From NCBI RefSeq assembly GCF_006345805.1, contig NW_021836709.1, positions 1-23,290 of the forward strand: a DNA stretch of 23,290 nucleotides. The letters run 5' to 3'. Below the pieces are notes generated by a model. It was not told the DNA's origin. It did not search any database and saw only the letters and a list, made by a program, of their open reading frames with translations. A program made the translations under genes and the position numbers. Below are positions 10,320 to 20,438 of the stretch, one piece after another. Numbering within the stretch: the first letter of the stretch is position 1; each line of letters begins with the position of its first letter. This DNA comes from Octopus sinensis (lineage: Eukaryota).

Positions 10320-10740
10320 CTTAAAGACACACACACAAACACACACACGAGCGCAGACAGAGCATATACTCGCATACACACATCAAGCCAAACTCACATG
10401 TACATGCAAGCATATGTGCATATACATATGCATACACACATATATGCAATCACACACACACACAGAGATATATATATATATATATACAAGTCTTTATAAA
10501 ACACACACAAAGGCAATATACGTGTACATATAGATATGTGTGTATGTGTGTGTGGTGTGAGTTCGTGTTTAAGTGTAAGTGTAAGTGTATGTGTGTATGT
10601 ATGTATATGCATATATATCTATAGATAGATAGCTAAATAGATATATGTATATTTACACACGCAATATATATATACGTATATATATATAATATATATATAT
10701 ATATATAATATATATATATTATATATATATATATATATTA
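10320..10740. repeat. (CA)n/(TA)n/(TG)n low-complexity tract
   Basis: Direct reading. Confidence 0.8.
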
Positions 10741-11099
10741 GTCAGGCAAGGAGTGTGCTCATCTTAACCAAGTTGTTTTAAAGCGTATTTTGAGTGAAAT
10801 TTCTCTCAAATTGTAAATAAACACAGAAACAAAAAAATAAAAACTTTGAGAGAAAAAAGGAAAGAAGGAAACGAAAACTAATTGCTAAAAAAAAAAACCG
10901 AATGTAATAAACAATATTAAACAACAAGAAAAAAAGACGGGGATTGGGGAATTGGTGGTTGTGGAAGTGACGTGTTTGCTGACGTGGGGTCAGGGGTATG
11001 CAAGTGCGAGTTGCGGTGGTGTTGGTGGAGACGGAGCAGACTAACGACGGAGAAACGTTTTGAAGGGAAATTAGAGACACATATGTTTACGCATATACA

Positions 11100-11133
11100 A
11101 CTCTCTCTCTCTCTCTCCCCTCTCTCTTCTCTC

Positions 11134-11166
<33 letters not shown>

Positions 11167-11241
11167 ATATATATATGATATATATGTGTGTATATATAAT
11201 ATATATATATATATAGTGTATATATATATATATATATGTGT

Positions 11242-11284
<43 letters not shown>

Positions 11285-11540
11285 TCACATATATATATTC
11301 TATATATATATATATATAATATACATACATATCATATATATATATATTATATATATATATATATATATACTATATATATATATATATATATAAGGGAGAA
11401 GGGAGAGAGAGAGACAGAAGAACAACCAACCAGATAGATAGATAAATAGATAGATAGGTAGATAGATAGATAGATAGATAGATAGATATATAGATAGATA
11501 GAAAAATAAATAGATAGATAGGCAGACAGACAGACAGACA
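11100..11540. repeat. (CT)n-(TATC)n-(TA)n-(GATA)n compound microsatellite
   Basis: Direct reading. Confidence 0.85.
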
Positions 11541-11565
11541 GGCTGCAATACCCTAAGTATGTATA

Positions 11566-11682
11566 CGGTATTTCTTCCGGGTCTTTACCCTCCAATTTCA
11601 CAATGAGCTGGGTTCGACTTTGCTTTTCATTCTTACGGGATCGATAGAATAAAGTACCAGTGGAGTACTGAGGTCGATATAG
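11566..11682 (+). mobile_element. Decayed internal fragment of a second SINE family (B)
   Basis: TTCGACTTTGCTTTTCATTCTTACGGGATCGATAGAATAAAGTACCAG...ACTGAGGTCGAT resembles the conserved central domain GTCGACTTTGCCTTTCATCCTTTCGGGGTCGATAAA.TAAGTACCAG that I recall for mollusc/octopus SINEs (unverified). Confidence 0.55.
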
Positions 11683-11749
11683 TTACGTTCATACCTATAC
11701 ACCTACTCTGCATCCTCCACATTATGATGGGTATTTTTAATATTGCGAG

Positions 11750-11823
11750 TGTATGAAAACATATGTGTGTGTGTGTGTGCATGTGTGTGTATGTGTGCGT
11801 GTCTGTATGAATCATACGCATAC

Positions 11824-11861
<38 letters not shown>

Positions 11862-11931
11862 CGTGGGTTATGTGTGGTGTGTCTGTGTGTTTGTCTATGT
11901 AGTGCATATACACACATACACACCGCGCACG

Positions 11932-11990
<59 letters not shown>

Positions 11991-12072
11991 ATATATATCA
12001 TTAATATATAATATATGTACAGACGCTCTCAACACACAAGGCTGATAGATATATGAAAAGATAGACTGACAT

Positions 12073-12130
<58 letters not shown>
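11750..12130. repeat. (TG)n/(TA)n/(GATA)n microsatellites
   Basis: Direct reading. Confidence 0.85.
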
Positions 12131-12132
<2 letters not shown>

Positions 12133-12679
12133 CGATAAAAATAAAGTGCTTTCTTGTGCATGACACAAGGGGTAAGAAGAAAGGTGGGGAGGGCAGGTGA
12201 CATACAAAAGAAGAACGGGAAACGGAGGTAGGGCAAGGAGAAATACTGTGCAATTGAGAAAAGAAGAAAGAGAGCAATTGAGAAGGGAAGAGTGAAAGAT
12301 ACTTAGAGAAAAAGACTCTCAGAAAGAGGAGAATGAGTTGTCAGTATCATTAATCAGGAACCAGGTAAAATTTATTTATTTTTCGCAGGCGTTATTTACC
12401 ATTTTACTCTACTCATCAATGTTCCGTGTTTCATGTTGTTGTACAAGGAAGAGATACTGGCGGGGGATGGTGACGTTCTTGTTATTGTTGTTGATGACGT
12501 AGGAGGAAGGAGGAAGGTGTTCCTTGTTGTTAATCTTTTCAAGTTGATGTTTTAAAATGTGTATAGGTTTTCGTCAGACATTTTTTTTTAAGTAGAATTT
12601 TATTCATTTGGCGTGTGTATGTGTGCGCACTTGTCCACACATGAACACAAAAATGATATGTATTGTAGGTGTAACAGGT

Positions 12680-12820
12680 ATGCATGCATATACTGTGTGT
12701 ATATGTGTTATAATATATATATATATAATATATATAATATATATAATATAAACACATATATATGTATATTTTAAATACATATGTACGAGTGGGTATAATT
12801 ACATATATATAATATATATG

Positions 12821-12866
<46 letters not shown>

Positions 12867-13230
12867 CATATATATGTATATATACATATATATGTATATT
12901 TATACATATGTACGAGTGGATATAATAAATATATATATGCATATATATATATGTATATTAATATATATATATATATATATATTACATATATATATATTAT
13001 ACTATATATATATATGTGTGTGTGTGTGGTGTGTGTATCTGTATGTGGTGTCTGCATGTTGCGTGTATATTAGAGAAGGCGTGTTTCTCTACATAATTAT
13101 CTATTTAGTTCATTATTATTATTATATTATTATATTATTATTATTATTATTATGTATTATTATTATTATTATTTTATTATTATTATTATTATTATTATTG
13201 TTTATTATTTTATTATTATTATTATTATTC
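12680..13230. repeat. (TA)n and (ATT)n tracts
   Basis: Direct reading. Confidence 0.85.
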
Positions 13231-13690
13231 TCTCTTTTCCAGTTTGGAACACATTGATTTTGTCGACTAAATGACATCTCGTTTAATTTTCACTTTATTT
13301 GGAAACGTGTTGAAATAGATGTTTAACAATGAACGTTTGTTTGTCTGTCTATCAACAACTCTTCGCATTTTTTTCTTTCACTGTTTTCTGAGTTACTGCA
13401 GTTTGTCTTCCACAACCCACTCCACAACACATCTGTTACTCAGTCTTGCTGTTGATTATCTTCCTCCATTTTTTGCTGTTGTTCTCTTCGTGTTCATGTT
13501 GCTTTTTATCCGCACATTTTCACCACCCCCCACACACACACACACACTGATGCATAAACACATATGAGTGTGTCTGGGTATATACACATATATGTATGCG
13601 TGTGTGTTTTGTGTGTATGCGAGAGAGAGTGTATATATATATATATAATATATATTTATTTATTTATATACGAGAAGTTGAGGTTATAAG

Positions 13691-13812
13691 AGATAATGGT
13701 GTCATTGAAACCCAAAGGTGTCAGGTAATGCTGAATAAGTGCTATAGACAGAGCATAGTTAAGTTCCAGAATCGGTAATATTGCGAATAAAGAGTTCAAC
13801 TTTGGTTCAATG
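13691..13812 (-). repeat. Diverged copy of the segment terminating the LINE at 20439-20530
   Basis: 13691-13782 vs 20439-20530: 79/92 identical without gaps (manual count). Both copies also carry TTTGGTTCAAT nearby (13801, 20561). Confidence 0.75.
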
Positions 13813-13821
13813 TCAGCGTGT

Positions 13822-13970
13822 GTGTATAAGTTTTTTTGGGCGGAATAAGATAAAAAAACCAAGGCTGTATAGATATTAGTGCATTTATCTATAAATGCTC
13901 TAATATCTACAAATGCTCTAATATCTATACAGCCTTGGTTTTTTTATTTTATTACGCAAAAAATTCTCAC
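13822..13970. mobile_element. MITE-like palindrome
   Basis: 37-bp arms 13850-13886/13911-13947 with one mismatch. Looser outer arms extend to ~13822/13970. The spacer holds a tandem duplication of AAATGCTCTAATATCTA. Confidence 0.6.
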
Positions 13971-13986
13971 ATATATATACATACAC

Positions 13987-14868
13987 TTTAATGCTGGAAA
14001 ATTTCAAGCAGTGCACTCTCAACTTACAAATGCACAGCAGCCTGCATTAATAGGATTCGAAATCGCTGCAGTCCCGGTGTGAAAGTCAGTAAGAAACTTG
14101 TGGATCAGTGTGTACAATAAAGTATTATTTCATATGTACATTACTGAGATGGCAGCAAAGTGCAGACAGCTAGCAGGACGGGTGCAATGGTTTTTCATGA
14201 AAGGAGATCAAGATGTCATGTTGAACATGTGGAGGACCTTTGTTCTCAACCGCCTGGACTACTGCTCTCAGCTATAGTCAATACAAAGTCTACATTGTAC
14301 CAAGCTAACACCAGAGCTTGATGCAGCCCGACCTTACTACACGAAAAACTTTATGGCAGTGCAACAGATGAGTTAAAGTGAGAAGCTGAAAAAGCAACGA
14401 CTTTATTCCTGGAGCAAAAGGCGCGACAGATATGTAATAATCTACATATGGAAAATTCTTGAAAGATTAGTACCTAATTTCGGCATTAAGTATTATACAA
14501 TGCCAGGCCTGATGTATTGTAGAAAAGGTACTGTGATAGCTTAGGTTTCAAAGATCCATAGCTCTTTAATTACCAACCACAAAAGTTAAGAAACTTGCAC
14601 AATGTGGACGTTGATGTCATCGAAAAAGAACTAGACATTCTGCTCACCACAATGCGAAACGAACCTGCGAGGGCAGCGGAGTCAAACTCCCTCATATGCC
14701 AAATGGTCCAATGCCGGGATACAGGTACATATAGGAGTGGTGATGTGAAGCCCACCATCCTTAGGAAATCAGCTGTAGGGAAATCAGAAATAACGGTGCA
14801 AAACACGGTGGTGCTCCATTATGACCACAGATGTATGGCTGAAATGAATAACAGATAAAGATAAATAT
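13987..14868 (+). mobile_element. CR1-group LINE, 5'-truncated 3' remnant (pseudogene)
   Basis: Broken frames read FNAGKFQA ... FVLNRLDYCSQL ... IYIWKILERLVPNFGI ... VDVDVIEKELD ... RAAESNSLICQM, followed by a 3' tail ending AGATAAAGATAAAT. Homologous to the element at 20531-21050. Confidence 0.85.
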
Positions 14869-14929
14869 ATATTTATTTGTATATGTACATATAGGTAACT
14901 ATATATTCTCACATATGTCCAAATATATA

Positions 14930-15811
14930 CAGGCTGCGATAGGTAAATTGCCGCCATATCTTATTTTTAGTTTCGCGCAAGCACATTGTTTGTTTCTGAT
15001 TTCGTCCACTACACAGTATAGTAGGGTCAATTGAGCACTGTCTGTGAAGAAAACAATACCATGACACAATCACTCTTCCAGAAATTTACAAATAACATAC
15101 TGTACTATTTCACATTCGCGCCGGAAGCTCCAAACGAACATTTCAGTGCTTGGTTGTCAGTCTGACGGCAGTGTAATCTGAGGACATGTACTGAGAGGGA
15201 TAAAAATCAAATATCTAGTCAACAACATGGTGTTTGGAGTGATCACTAGTAATGGTGATGTTAAGCCGCCATTCATCTTCCCACACGGCATCAGACTCAA
15301 CATGGAGGTCTACATGAGGTGGTGCTACCCTGGAGGGTGACTATCTAGAGGTGGTGCTATCTAGAGGGTGACTGCTGGAAGACCCTATGCTGGTAACAGA
15401 ACTCTGTACCATGTCACACAAGCATTAGAACCCAGTCATGGCTGTCAGACAATTTCTGTGACCACATCACCCCTAACATCTGGCTATCTAATTCCCCAAA
15501 CTGCGACCCTCTTGATTGTTATGTGTGGAGCACATTTGAGCGAGAGACCAACAAAACACCTTGTAGAACCAAGGATGAACTAACGGCAAAGATTATAGCA
15601 GCATTCATCAACTTAAACAAGGAGACCGTCCAGAAGAGTTGCAAGAGATTCCAAAGTCGTCTGGAGGCTGTGGTTGATGGCCAATGGCAATTTCATTGAA
15701 TAAATTTGCTCTTCAATATTTCAAGATATTTTCATGTAATTTTGGTAAATATATCTGTTAAATGAAATATCAGTGTTATTTTCATTTTTGCGTAATGTAG
15801 ACCGCACCCTC

Positions 15812-15813
<2 letters not shown>
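14930..15813 (+). mobile_element. maT-type (DD37D) Tc1/mariner transposon, internally deleted pseudogene
   Basis: TA then left end CAGGCTGCGATAGG; right end ACCGCACCCT is a degenerate inverted repeat. Frames read MVFGVITSNGDVKPPFIFPHG and W*QNSVPCHTS...WLSNSPNCDPLDCYVW...CKRFQSRLEAVV. Exactly 37 residues separate the second catalytic position (D mutated to N, 15400-02) and D at 15514-16. Confidence 0.88.
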
Positions 15814-15846
<33 letters not shown>

Positions 15847-16112
15847 AAGAGAAAGAGAGATAAATATAATTTAATGTACCCAGTATTAAAACAGTATCAA
15901 TTCATAGTTTCATAGTTTCAAAGCAGTCATTCAGTCTCTGTGCACATGGTTCGTCCTATTTGAAAACCAGGACACTGGTCCGGGAGAAAACACTAGAAAA
16001 AAACGAGAAGGACTTTGATTCAATATGCAGAACGAGAAGACAATGGCTGAGTTAATATTGCAAAAGAAAGGAATGAATGGAAAGCCAAGAGTTGCGTCCC
16101 TTTGTTTCGTAG

Positions 16113-16233
16113 GAATCATAATCCAGCTGATGTAGAAAAATTCAACAGTGAGGAGGTCAAAGTTTGCGAGACAGCTGCTGAGTACGAAGAGGGTGATGAC
16201 CTCCAGTTCGACAAAGGAGATTTCTCCATGTGA
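16113..16233 (+). other. Candidate coding exon (NHNPADVEKFNSEEVKVCETAAEYEEGDDLQFDKGDFSM*)
   Basis: Acceptor TCCCTTTGTTTCGTAG| within a stop-free frame 16051-16230. The upstream part (DLIQYA...NIAKERNEWK) may instead be a decayed RTE C-terminus. Confidence 0.2.
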
Positions 16234-17024
16234 CTGTTTTCGTTGGAAATTTTGGATCTGGAATTAAGTAGTATATATAAAAATACTGTACGACCTTTCA
16301 GCTATTCATAGTTTGCAGCTATTCGATCCATTCATATATGGCGTAGATTTTCCCACGATTCTCCACTTGATTGTATATGGTGAGAAAGTGATATTCAGAT
16401 CTAATTCAGGGGCTTTATTTTTGACGGGTGGTTTGCATAACGTCTTTTAAAATTGCAATCGCATAGCTCGACGAAACTGTTCTCTCCGATTGCCTTATTG
16501 CGGAGCACTGAATTGTCTGCCGTTTCAAAATGACTGAGTCTATAAAACACGCCTTATCGAATGGGTAAGCGTTAGAATCTCGACAGCTACAAACCTTGTG
16601 CAGTCTTTGTTCATAAGCTTCAATATGTGTATGTGTGTGTGTCTGTGTGTATGTATGTGTGTGTAGTGTATGTGTATGTATGTGTATGCATGTGTATAAG
16701 CATGTGTGGGAATTTTTTCGAGGCTTGGTCAGCAACAGAAAAGAAAAAAGAAAAAAGAGAGTTTTACGACCAAGGGTCCCAAATATCCTGAGTGGCCTCA
16801 CGAGCATAACAGAAAATGAGAAGGAGACGTGTACACATAAAGAACGTGGAATATTTTCTAACCTACGAGGAAACAGCAAGCAGTGAGGAAACTAGAAACG
16901 TGGACACATTATTACAACTTCTTTTTTAAGGAGAACTTACTACAAAGGAGTCCCATACCCAATAGACCCCCCAAATTACCTTCTTTTTCTTAATATATAA
17001 AATCTGTATATCATTTTTAACAAC

Positions 17025-17034
17025 CTATACATAC

Positions 17035-17110
<76 letters not shown>

Positions 17111-17166
17111 GTATATGATATGTATATATATATATATATGTATATATTATATATATATATATATAT

Positions 17167-17209
<43 letters not shown>

Positions 17210-17330
17210 AACAAACGTACAAAAATGGATATATAATATATATACCTCCATCTATCTATATATATATACAATATATATACGTGTGTGTGTGTGTGTATGT
17301 GTGTGTGCGTGTGTGAGCATACAACATACA
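17025..17330. repeat. (TA)n/(TG)n microsatellite
   Basis: Direct reading. Confidence 0.9.
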
Positions 17331-17745
17331 TAAACACAAAAATGTATATTCACTGTTTTAGAGTCGATGAAACAAAGTACCAGTAATAGGCCGGCATTAT
17401 TTATATTTGTAGAATGGTCGATAATACCCTGCAGTATTTCTTCCAGACGTTCCATACGCGCCATTTTACATGCTAGACTTAATTTGCGACCAGGTTTCAC
17501 TCGACCATCTAGTTCGCAAGTTAACTGTAATAGGTATCTCTCTACTGCAAAGCGTGAGTTAGGTTTGCGGTTAAGAAATAATTCTCTTTCACCAGACATG
17601 TAAATATTAAGGGGGCCTTTCTTGCGTATATACAGACTGAATTACGCTGTTTATTCTCTCTCTGGTTTAACAGTAAAATGAGAAATATATGGACAGAGAT
17701 GCAAGTAGTTTCTAGAAATGTATATGTCTGTGGTTATATATCATA

Positions 17746-18149
17746 AGCACAAGCGTGTCTGAGTGGTAAGAAGTTTGGTGTCATCTTTAGTCCCACTGCG
17801 TGTCAATTGGGCAATGTGCCTTCTACTGTAACCTCAGGTGGACCAAAGCCTTTTAAGTGGATTTGGTAGACGGAAACTGAAATGCGTGTATATGTGTAAC
17901 TGTGTGTGTGTTTATGTGTCTGTGTGTGTTAGTGTGTGTGTTTGTCGTCCAATTCTACCAGACAACCAGTGTCTGTGTGTTTACGTCCTCGTAACTTAGC
18001 GGCTCAGCAAAAGTAACTGAGAGAGTAAATACTGGGCCTAGAAAAAGAAGCACTGAGGCTAATTCATTCAACTAAAATTTCTTCAAGGTATTGCTCCAGC
18101 ACGGGCGCAGTCAAATGACTGAAACAAATATAAAATGAAAGAATAAGAT
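17746..18149 (+). mobile_element. SINE family A, older copy with damaged B box
   Basis: Colinear with 4232-4612, with a deletion between the A and B boxes. Tail reads GCTCCAGCACGGGCGCAGTCAAATGACTGAAAC. Confidence 0.85.
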
Positions 18150-18150
18150 A

Positions 18151-18304
18151 GGCGCATGCGTGGTAAGAAGTTTACTTCCAACCACATGGTTTCGAGTTCA
18201 GTCCCACTGCGTGGCAATTTGGGCAAGTATCGTCTACTATAGCAACGGGCCAACCAAAGCCTTTTGAGTTGATTGCGCAGACGGAAACCGGAAGAAACCC
18301 GTCG

Positions 18305-18373
<69 letters not shown>

Positions 18374-18670
18374 GTGTGTGTGTGTGCGTGTGTGTGTGCG
18401 TGTGTGTGTGTGTGTATGTATATATGTGTGTGTGTGTGTGTGTGTGTATTTCTGTGTGCGTGTTTGTGTTTGTCCCCTCGCGATCGCTTGACAACCGAAG
18501 ATGGTGTGTTTACATCCCTGTAGCTTAGCGGCTAGGCAGAAGAGACCGATAGAATATGTACTAGGCTTACAAAGAATAAGTCCTGCGGTCGATTTCTTCG
18601 ACTAACACCCTTCACGGTGGTGCTCCAGCATGGCCGCTGTCAAATGACTGAAACAAGTAAAAGAATAAAA

Positions 18671-18673
<3 letters not shown>
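18151..18673 (+). mobile_element. SINE family A, head-to-tail after the previous copy, with expanded internal microsatellite
   Basis: Starts GGCGCA with a shortened A-box region; B box GAGTTCAGTCCC; (TA)n(TG)n at ~18305-18460; tail ends AAGTAAAAGAATAAAAGAAT. Confidence 0.88.
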
Positions 18674-18732
<59 letters not shown>

Positions 18733-18770
18733 TATAGTCACATACATGTATATGTGAATACATATATATT

Positions 18771-19291
18771 TATACATAATTGATATAGGATAAAAATTTT
18801 TTGGGGAAAAAAAATTTATCAATGGCCAGCATATCAAAAAATGCCTTTAAAGGTAAAATTTATACATAATTTACAAGATAAGGGCAGAAGAAAACTTCTA
18901 ATACCAAATATGCCGAAAAAAAAAATTGTCGATAACCATTAAATTTATGCGTCTCGAAACGAACCGATAGAAATCTCTAAAATATTCGTTATTACCGTAT
19001 TGGTTCAATTTCGGGGTTAATTCATAAGAAATTTTCCCCTCTTCAGCGGCACATACGCGAGATATAAATGAAATACTTATTCATACCCACGGAAGAAGCA
19101 AGCACCAAGTCCCGAGCAGACTTAAGTACCCCAAATATATCCAAATAGAAAAATCTTCGGCGCACCTCGAGACACGTGTGATTCGAACTAGAAACTTTCA
19201 CAGAGTGATAGAATCCGGAAGTGAACACTAATCTATTTATAATTGATATAGGATAAAATTTTTTTCGGGAAAAAAATTTTATCAATGGCCA
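18771..19291 (-). mobile_element. Hammerhead-bearing non-coding repeat, family 2 (463-bp unit plus 52-bp terminal redundancy)
   Basis: Direct repeats at 18777-18828 and 19240-19291; internal hammerhead; no recognisable protein. ATATATATT occurs at 18762-70 and 19291-99 as a possible TSD, but this is weak evidence in a TA context. Confidence 0.7.
18993..19051 (-). ncRNA. Type I hammerhead ribozyme (family 2)
   Basis: Minus strand reads UGCCG CUGAAGA GGGG-AAAAUUUCUUAUGAAUUAA-CCCC GAAA UUG-AAC-CAA UA | CGGUA. Stem I has 5 bp including one G-U. The cleavage triplet is AUA, with the predicted cut between 18998 and 18997. Confidence 0.85.
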
Positions 19292-19603
19292 TATATATTA
19301 CGTAGGTACATACGGGTGTATGTATGTATGTATGTATGTATGTATGTATGATAGATTTAGCGACTCAGTTCTTAAACAATAACATGGAAAATTGATAACA
19401 ACATCTTGCTAAAGAGAAGACGAAATGAAGGGATATATGGGCGTGAATAAGAAAAGGAAATGAAACCAGACAAAAGAAAAAGAATTACTTGGATGGAACG
19501 TTGAAATGTATATCCAACGTGGTTCCTCATTTTTTCTCTTCTTCAAGACAAATTAAATTGTAATATATATCTTTTCTTATGTTTTCTCATCTTTCGACGG
19601 CAG

Positions 19604-19639
19604 ACATCAGTGAGGATTTAATTGCTAACAGCAGGTTGT
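19604..19639 (+). other. Candidate 36-nt symmetric (phase 1-1) mini-exon, xISEDLIANSRL
   Basis: Long polypyrimidine tract ending GACGGCAG|, donor |GTAAGA at 19640, frame-preserving and stop-free. Confidence 0.25.
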
Positions 19640-19710
19640 GTAAGAAAAATCACGATGGAAGCAGCGGTTATTGAGAGAATGAGGAAGTAAAAAAGTAAAC
19701 AAAATATCGT

Positions 19711-19780
19711 GAAGAAGAAGAAGAAGAAGAAGAAGAAGAAGAAGAAGAAGAAGAAGAAGAAGAAGAAGAAGAAGAAGAAG
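19711..19780. repeat. Pure (GAA)n tract, ~23 units, followed by a (GA)/(GACA)-rich tract to ~19970
   Basis: Direct reading. Confidence 0.95.
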
Positions 19781-19903
19781 ATAGTCAGGCAGACAAATTG
19801 ACACAGAGACGGAGAGAGGTACAAACAGCAAGAGAAGGAGACAGAAAGACGGACAGAGAGAAAGAAGCGGACAGACGGACAGAGAGAAAGAGGCGGACAG
19901 ACG

Positions 19904-19945
<42 letters not shown>

Positions 19946-20438
19946 CAGAGAAAGAGAAAGAGAAAGAACAAAAAAGGCGTCAGAACGAGAGGGAAGCTGG
20001 TATAATAAATATTGAAACTGTGAATATAAAATTACGTATAGCCAAAGAAAAAACAAAAAAAAAAGAGAAAATGATGGAACTGGATAAAGTATGACAAAGT
20101 TAGTAATTAAAATGTATTTTTAAATAAGTGAAGACAATTACGAAATGGAAGAATGAATAAAAGTAGGAGTAAGTGGAGGGCGGAGAAATATCTAGATTAA
20201 ATAATGTAACAGTTATTAACGATTTGAAAATGAAATGAAAGCATTTGGCGAACAATAATATCGGAAAGGGAAAGGGACTTCGATTCGGACAGTATTAAGG
20301 CAAGGGGCTAAATTTAGGTCAAGTAACTCACCATATACCATCTACCTTATTCTCTTCTCGATTGAAGCAGCTATCTATCTCTCACACTCTCTCTTTCTCT
20401 CTCCCTCCCTCTCTCTCTCTCTATATATATAATATAAA

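Noticed and set aside
12389-12555. Acceptor TTTTTCGCAG followed by a 54-codon open frame
   Set aside because: The peptide is low-complexity (GTT/GGA-rich), has no clear donor and no homology.
12571-12577. Minus-strand CUGACGA core
   Set aside because: No stem II pairing ahead of the downstream GAAA and no stem I.
12760-12930. Repeated ATACATATGTACGAGTGG word about 125 bp apart
   Set aside because: A local slippage duplication within a (TA)n tract; no functional signal.
19208-19225. CCGGAAGTG ETS-like site as a host promoter
   Set aside because: A single motif inside the family 2 repeat, with no other promoter evidence.
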